Shown in pieces: positions 35,641-41,913 of a stretch of 41,913 nt of DNA; the first letter of the stretch is position 1, and every line of letters begins with the position of its first letter. This stretch comes from Chiloscyllium plagiosum. Its lineage: Eukaryota. The notes beneath the pieces were generated by a model. The model saw only the letters and a list, made by a program, of their open reading frames with translations, was not told the DNA's origin and made no database searches. The stretch spans positions 6,132,554 through 6,174,466 of the forward strand of contig NC_057756.1 in NCBI RefSeq assembly GCF_004010195.1, written 5' to 3'. Both the position numbers and the translations under genes were made by a program.

Positions 35641-36093
35641 TCAAGCTGGTAATGAGGTCAGGATTGAATCTTCCTCGTGGAAACCAATATAGATAGCAGT
35701 GAATAGGTTCTTGCCAAACAGGGGCTGCTTGATAGAATTGTTGATGAGCCGATCTATTCCTTTACTTATGGTTGACTGTACATCTATAGGGTAGTGAATG
35801 GCCAGGTTGCATTTATCCTGCTTTGTGTGTGTGCAGGACATATTTGGGAAAATTGCTATAATTTCAGGCAGCAGCCAGTGTCGTAGCTGTACTAAATTTT
35901 GCAACTAAATGTTTTGGAAGTTTGAGAAGACGTTGTCCATGGAGATGTTTCTTCTGCCCAATGTATAGAAGTACAAGGAGTGTTGAATGGGAGAATGGTG
36001 TTTTGTATATAGGTTGTACACATGTGTAGCAAAGAGTGTTAGGGACCAGACCAGAAATTAGTCAAGGCTAGACAGTCAACGTATATCCAGATT

Positions 36094-36294
36094 TAAAAAT
36101 CACACAACACCAGGTTATAGTCCAACAGGTTTAATTGGAAGCACACTAGCTTTCGGAGCAACGCTCCTTCATCAGATGAAGGAGCGTCGCTCCGAAAGCT
36201 AGTGTGCTTCCAATTAAACCTGTTGGACTATAACCTGGTGTTGTGTGATTTTTAACTTTGTACACCCCAGGTCAACACCGGCATCTCCAAATCA
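36094..36294. mobile_element. palindromic Penelope-derived short element with hammerhead motif
   Basis: 81-bp arms at 36093-36173 and 36175-36255 (1 mismatch, 1-nt loop). Minus strand reads CTGATGA-aggagcgttgctcc-GAAA-GCTA. 12-bp TSD tatatccagatt at 36082-93 and 36295-306. Confidence 0.9.
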
Positions 36295-36379
36295 TATATC
36301 CAGATTGTAGGTATGCATTTGGTCTAGTCTTTGGTTGAGCTCGTGTTTATGTGTTGGTCTGGGTTCAGCAAGGGTACTT

Positions 36380-37700
36380 CACCTCATCTAGGGAGACATA
36401 CAGCATGGAGAACAGGTTAGAGAGTTGGTGGAAGTAGCTAAGTTGCCCAGTGAAGTAAGAATAATACTCTCAATAATGGGGCAATGATTATGCTGGAAAG
36501 CAATCAAGATAAAATTGAACAACCAGCTGAGACTCAGGGACCCGTGGGAACAATTGCAGATGTATTTTATGAGACCCCCAAGCTAAAAGCCTTAGTGAAA
36601 CAGCACAGACATCTGAGGAAGTGGCAGCAGTTACAGAAGCAAGAGATGCAGGTCTGGAGACACTCCAAGAAACAGCCCACTTGAAGAGAAACAGAAATGG
36701 GAAAGGCAATGAGAGGGGAGAATGGATTGTGTGGGATTGGAGGATTAGGCAGTAGCACCACACTGCATGTATAAGACAAACATTATTAATAACACATCAT
36801 GGTTTGGCTCACATTGGGTGGGAAAAAATGCAGTATCAGATGAGCTGCTGCTGCTGGTGGCCTGCAATGGGGAGAGATATCACAACATTCTGTCAAAGAT
36901 GGGTGGTCTACATGCAGTGCAAGTCTGGGAAAGCAATCGAGAAAAAATTGAACCACTGGCTGAAACTAAGGAGCCCATGGAAGTAAGTTCAGGTTGACTT
37001 TATGAGACCCCTACCCTAATCCCAGGGGAAAGAAGTATTGTTTGGTCTTAATAGACAGGATTACTCTGCAGGGACTGGTCAGCAGGAACACTCACAGGAA
37101 TACTGACAGGACAGATTATCCTGAGGTGGGGGTGTCCTCCTGCACGATAGATTCTGATCATGGGATACATTTTACAGGGTGAGGAATGAAGCAGATATGT
37201 GCTCTGTTAGGAATTAAACAGAAATTCCATCTCCCATACCATCACCAAAGCTCAGGAATGGGAGAGCGAAGGAACCAGACACTTAAAGCTAGTCTGTCTA
37301 AGGCCCTGACAGAGACAGAGGCAGGGATGGGTTAGAGTACTCCCCACCATCTTAGTGAAACAGAGGTCTACCCCAGCAAGGGTAAAGAGTTTGACCGCCT
37401 TTGAATTAATGACCAGACGGTCTATGCAGCTGCCAAATGATGTGGTAGGAGGACATGTGCAATGGCAAGGATAGGGTTAAACAATTTGTGAAAGAACTGG
37501 TCAAGCAGCTGCATGAGCTGAGAGGAGAAATAGCAGATTGGCAGAGAATCAGGGCAAGGGAGCACAGAAACATCCTGCCTGACCCAGGAGATCAGTGAAT
37601 GGTGAAAATATCACTGTAAGGTGCGGGCCAGAGACCACGAGTTGGACCTAAGGAGGTAGTCAGTACAGGTGATACATGGACTTTAGTCGATATCCAAGGG
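36380..37700 (+). mobile_element. endogenous retrovirus-like pol remnant (RNase H C-terminus plus integrase)
   Basis: QVDFMRPLP; IILRWG; IDSDHGIHFTG; LLGIKQKFHLPYHHQSSGMGERRNQTLK; WVRVLPTILV; LTAFELMT. Multiple stops and frameshifts. Confidence 0.72.
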
Positions 37701-37719
37701 ATTGAAGTGATAGCACTGA

Positions 37720-37825
37720 GCCATAGAGTTGTACATCATGGAAACAGAACCCTTCGGTCTAACTCATCCATGCCAACCAGGTATCCAAAATTAATCTAAT
37801 CCCATTTGCCCCACTGGTCCCAATT
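37720..37825 (-). mobile_element. CR1 3' tail fragment
   Basis: catagagttgtacatcatggaaacaga.cccttcggtctaactcatccatgcc. Confidence 0.75.
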
Positions 37826-37959
37826 GAAGTTGTATGAAGCTGAAACATGATAAATAACTCTTCGGGCAAGCTGTGCTCGATCCTTGTTCTTTACAGGCTA
37901 GTGACCATCATCGTCATCTGCTTCAGGAATGGACAAAGGACACTGAGAGCAACCAAATC

Positions 37960-38785
37960 AATGACAGATGCAGTAATTTGGATAAATGTGAGGTTATTCG
38001 TTTTGGAAGCAAAAACAAGAGGGCAGATTCCTGTCTGAATAGCTGTTAATTGGGAGAGGGGAGTATGCAGTGAGACCCGGGTGTCCTTGTGCACCAGTCG
38101 CTGAAGGTAAGCATGCAGGTGCAGCAGGAGCTGAAGAAGGCAAATGGGATATTGGCCTTCATTGTGAGAGGTTTCGAGTGCAGGAATAGGGATATGTTGT
38201 TGCAATTATACAGGGCCTTAGTGAAGGCACACTGAGAATATTGTGTGCAGATTTAGTCTCCTTTCCTGAGGAAGAATGCTCTTACTCTCAAGGGAGTGCA
38301 GCGACGGTTTACCCAGGCTGATACCGGCGATGGCGGGACTGACACACGAGGAGAGATTCAGTCCTACAGGATTGTTGTCACTGGAGTTCAGACATGTGAG
38401 GGTGGGGGGGAGTGATCTCAGAGACTTACAAAATTCTAACAGGACTGGACAGGGTAGATGCAGGGAGGAGGTTCCCAGTAGTGTGTCCCGATCCAGATGT
38501 CATCACCTGAGGATTTGGATTGGGCCATTTAGGACAGAGATCAGACATTTCTTCACCCAGAGAGTGGTGAGCCTGTGGAATTCATTATCACAGGAAGTAG
38601 CTGATGCTAAAACATTGAAAGTATTCAACAGGTGGCTTGATATAGCACTTGGGGTGAATGGGATCAAAGGTTATGGGGAGAAAGCAGTCTTTGAGTTGGA
38701 TGATCAGCCACGATCGTGATGAATGGGAGCAGCTCAACGGGCCAAATGGCTTCCTCCTTTCTTCTGTGTTTCTATGTTCCTATGA
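37960..38785 (+). mobile_element. CR1 LINE 3' fragment
   Basis: LQLYRALVK..EYCVQ; FFTQRVVSLWNSLSQEV; tail tttctatgttcctatg. Confidence 0.85.
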
Positions 38786-38997
38786 AGGGGAGTCTGACTG
38801 CATGTATGAAATGGTAACAGGAAAACTAAATTATGAATCGAGTAGGTCATGATGCCAGGGGTGGTGCCAGTAAACCTTTGTATGAAGGCCATATGGAAGG
38901 GTGATGCTGGCTGTGGTAGCCCTGCCACCCAGCCACGTGGAGAATAGATTTCAAAAGAGTTGGTTAGTTAACACGGAGCCCAACAAATATCATACGT

Positions 38998-39225
38998 AGG
39001 AGAAAGTGAGGACTGCAGATGCTGGAGATCAGAGCTGAAAATGTGTTGCTGGAAAAGCGCAGCAGGTCAGGCAGCATCCAAGGAGCAGGAGAATCGACGT
39101 TTCGGGCATAAGCCCTTCTTCAGGAAAGGGCTTATTCCTGAAGAAGGGCTTATGCCCGAAATGTCAATTCTCCTGCTCCTTGGATGCTGCCTGACCTGCT
39201 GCGCTTTTCCAGCAACACATTTTCA
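38998..39225. mobile_element. inverted pair of Penelope-derived short repeats, each with a hammerhead motif
   Basis: 91-bp arms at 39036-39126 and 39135-39225 with an 8-nt spacer. HHR motifs at 39096-39123 (-) and 39138-39165 (+). Runs into the gap. Confidence 0.88.
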
Positions 39226-39725
39226 NNNNNNNNNNNNNNNNNNNNNNNNNNNNNNNNNNNNNNNNNNNNNNNNNNNNNNNNNNNNNNNNNNNNNNNNNNN
39301 NNNNNNNNNNNNNNNNNNNNNNNNNNNNNNNNNNNNNNNNNNNNNNNNNNNNNNNNNNNNNNNNNNNNNNNNNNNNNNNNNNNNNNNNNNNNNNNNNNNN
39401 NNNNNNNNNNNNNNNNNNNNNNNNNNNNNNNNNNNNNNNNNNNNNNNNNNNNNNNNNNNNNNNNNNNNNNNNNNNNNNNNNNNNNNNNNNNNNNNNNNNN
39501 NNNNNNNNNNNNNNNNNNNNNNNNNNNNNNNNNNNNNNNNNNNNNNNNNNNNNNNNNNNNNNNNNNNNNNNNNNNNNNNNNNNNNNNNNNNNNNNNNNNN
39601 NNNNNNNNNNNNNNNNNNNNNNNNNNNNNNNNNNNNNNNNNNNNNNNNNNNNNNNNNNNNNNNNNNNNNNNNNNNNNNNNNNNNNNNNNNNNNNNNNNNN
39701 NNNNNNNNNNNNNNNNNNNNNNNNN
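39226..39725. other. assembly gap (500 N)
   Basis: Run of N; true size unknown. Confidence 1.
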
Positions 39726-39881
39726 ATGGTAGTGCTCGGTTTGGACAAGGTACCGGCAATATTTGGATGGATGACGTTTCCTGCAAGGGGACAGAGTCCC
39801 ATCTCCGGTCTTGCTCCTTCCCTGGTTGGGGAACCCACAACTGTGGTCATGGTGAGGATGCAGGAGTAATCTGTTTCCCAG
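39726..39881 (+). CDS. SRCR (scavenger receptor cysteine-rich) domain exon, 3' half; 5' part in the gap
   Basis: [51 protein letters not shown]; donor ccag|gtaaga, phase 1. Confidence 0.93.
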
Positions 39882-40449
39882 GTAAGAGCCCAGCTGAATA
39901 ACTGAATGGACATCTTCTGTACAACTCAGTTCCCAGATAGAATGGGCAATCACAGTGAAGATTGCGAAATGCGGGGCAAGATTGGTTACCTTAAAGATTA
40001 TTAATAGCATATGGCTAAATTCAAAAGCAATAAACGAAAAACTAAAAACTTAATGAACCACGAGTTGACTCAGGGTCAACAAAATGAAAGAAATAACTGC
40101 ATGGCTCAATGTTTGGTGACCGTGAGAATTGTGTTGAAACCCATTGGATATCTGCACCAATACTGGGGTCGAGGCAGCTATTCCCAAAGGACGTGCTCCA
40201 CCTGGAACGTGCTGGAACCAGACTCCTAGTGAATTGTAAAACATGAGCTGTGGATCAGATGTTGAATGAAACTATCCGCGATGTAGTTCAGTTGCCTGGT
40301 AAATTAGAACATTAAAGCTAAGAAGAATGGAGGATTGTAGGTTAGTGATGGTGTAGATTGCTTCAGTTAATACAAGGAAGGGACATGATGTGTGTGTTGT
40401 ATTACCCTGAGGAAGCAAGAAAGTGTGAGGAAATATGATCACAGATCAA

Positions 40450-40905
40450 ACTTAAAGGATTTAAGTCTATTAAGCATTACGCTTGAACCACTTGGAATAA
40501 AGTGGACAATACGACAGTGCAAATCTAAATTAATGAATCGGATATCATAGACATATCAGAAACATGCTTACAGGAGATCAGAAAAGGTTTCTTAAGATTC
40601 GGAGATATTTGAGAATTTGGAACGAGAGAAAGAGGGTCGGCTAGAGAGAGAGAGAGACAGCAGTGAGAGAAAGGCTGGTGGGGTAGTACCTTTAATCAGA
40701 GATGAAAGGGGGAAACGTTTGGAAGTTATTTCATCTCGGATGACGTAGCGTCAATGTGGGTGGAGCTAAAGACACAGCAAGGGAATAAAGACTCGTACGA
40801 ACAAAGATGCTGAGCTAACTGATCAGGTGTGACCATTTTGAATGTTGGAGCACTCTAAAAAGGCCAAAAGGCCTATTCTGGCACTCAGTTTCTATCATTC
40901 TACAT
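40450..40905 (+). mobile_element. old CR1 fragments (APE N-terminus; 3' tail)
   Basis: NKVD..INESDIIDISETCLQ and ..SMWVELK; tail aaaggccaaaaggcctattc..tctat. Confidence 0.6.
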
Positions 40906-41078
40906 TCCTCATGTTTCAGGAGATTTAAAATACAGTGACATTAAACAGAGTGGCAAACGGTTCACCAATCACATGATTGAGACTCTACCCTTTATAGTTG
41001 GCAATAACAAGAACACCCCACACATTAATCAGACAGTATACAATTGCAGATTTCTGATATCTCCTATGCTGATTTTAG

Positions 41079-41363
41079 ATCCTTCACCGGAGCCGACAAT
41101 CTCTGTCAGCCCTTCATTGGCACTCTACGTGGCTGGAGATTCACTCACTATTAATTGCACAGTTCCACACAGCAACTTGACTGGACATCTGGAGTTGTTG
41201 AAGGATTCGAATTCTCTCATCATCGGACAAGGAGCCCTCACATATGTCACTGAAAACGTCACCACCAGCGACCAAGGGAGCTATCAATGTTCCTATCGGC
41301 CTGAGGTGGCAGAGCAATGGTCACCCAGCTCTCTGAGTCAACCTGTTGATATTGTTGTGACAA
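41079..41363 (+). CDS. Ig C2-type (FcR/LRC-like) domain exon, phase 1-1
   Basis: Acceptor gattttag; DPSPEPTISVSPS..GDSLTINCTV..LELLKD..DQGSYQCSY..SSLSQPVDIVVT; donor acaa|gtgagt. 285 nt with no stops. Confidence 0.92.
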
Positions 41364-41388
41364 GTGAGTGTGTCTTGTGTCAGTTTTG

Positions 41389-41585
41389 TAGAAAGTGAGG
41401 ACAGCAGATGCTGGAGATCAGAGTCGGATGGTGTGGGGTTGGAAAAGTATCGCTGGTCAGGCAGCATCCGAGGAGCAGGAGAGTTGAGAGGAATGAAGAT
41501 GCTGATGAAGAGCTTCTACTCGAAACATCGACTCCTGCTCCTGAATGCTGCCTGACCTGCTTTGCCTTTCCAGCACCACTTATTT
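41389..41585. mobile_element. older inverted pair of Penelope-derived short repeats
   Basis: ggtcaggcagcatccgaggagcaggagagt / actcctgctcctgaatgctgcctgacc; CTGATGA-agagcttctactc-GAAA-CATC at 41502-41529. Confidence 0.78.
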
Positions 41586-41824
41586 CAGCAGTTGTTGGTT
41601 TGGAAAAATGTCCAGTTCCTGAATTTTTACATTGTGTTTCCCAGACCTATTCTGGGGGCTGAATCTCCAATGTAGGCCTGTAATTCATTTTCAGCTGTTT
41701 TTTTTAAGCACACAATGTTCAGAAAATGCAGCCTTTACTTCTATTGTTCTGCAGTTTCCACATTTCCTGAGGCCATGACCCAGTTGTTCCGCACTTCCCA
41801 CCATCCGGAACACCGTTCTGATGG

Positions 41825-41913
41825 TTACCCTGCTGAGTTTTCACCAGCCCCCCAGACCTCCCCCTCACTGAGGACGAACGATCAGTCCTCAGCAAAGGAC
41901 TCACCTTCATCCC
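41825..41913 (+). mobile_element. Penelope-like element ORF, N-terminal conserved block (runs off the window)
   Basis: VFTSPPDLPLTEDERSVLSKGLTFIP, matching the L(S/T)xxExxVLSKGLxF motif of Penelope ORFs. Confidence 0.8.

Noticed and set aside
39041..40010. Long ORFs crossing the N run
   Set aside because: Artefacts of the gap. Only 39726-39881 is supported as coding.

Overview
This is eukaryotic, repeat-dense DNA, very probably from an elasmobranch (shark). That is an inference from the HE1/V-SINEs, the SacSINE1-like DeuSINE and the abundant CR1-type LINEs. Most of the window is decayed transposable elements: CR1 LINEs, a Rex1/Babar LINE, Penelope-like elements and derived short repeats carrying minimal hammerhead ribozyme motifs, a Gmr1-type Ty3/gypsy element with PR-IN-RT/RH order, an ERV-like pol remnant, SINEs and two minisatellites. 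Two host immune-receptor gene pieces lie on the + strand. (1) At 22972-24873, four short spliceable exons, largely missed by the ORF track, encode a transmembrane segment and a cytoplasmic tail with ITIM/ITSM-like motifs (Siglec/CD22-like inhibitory receptor). I found no ectodomain exon upstream in the window. (2) At 39726-41363, an SRCR exon (cut by a 500-N gap) is followed by a phase-compatible C2/LRC-type Ig exon. There is no prokaryotic system, CRISPR array, rRNA or true tRNA. TE boundaries are approximate unless a TSD is quoted, and family names come from pattern recognition, not database searches.
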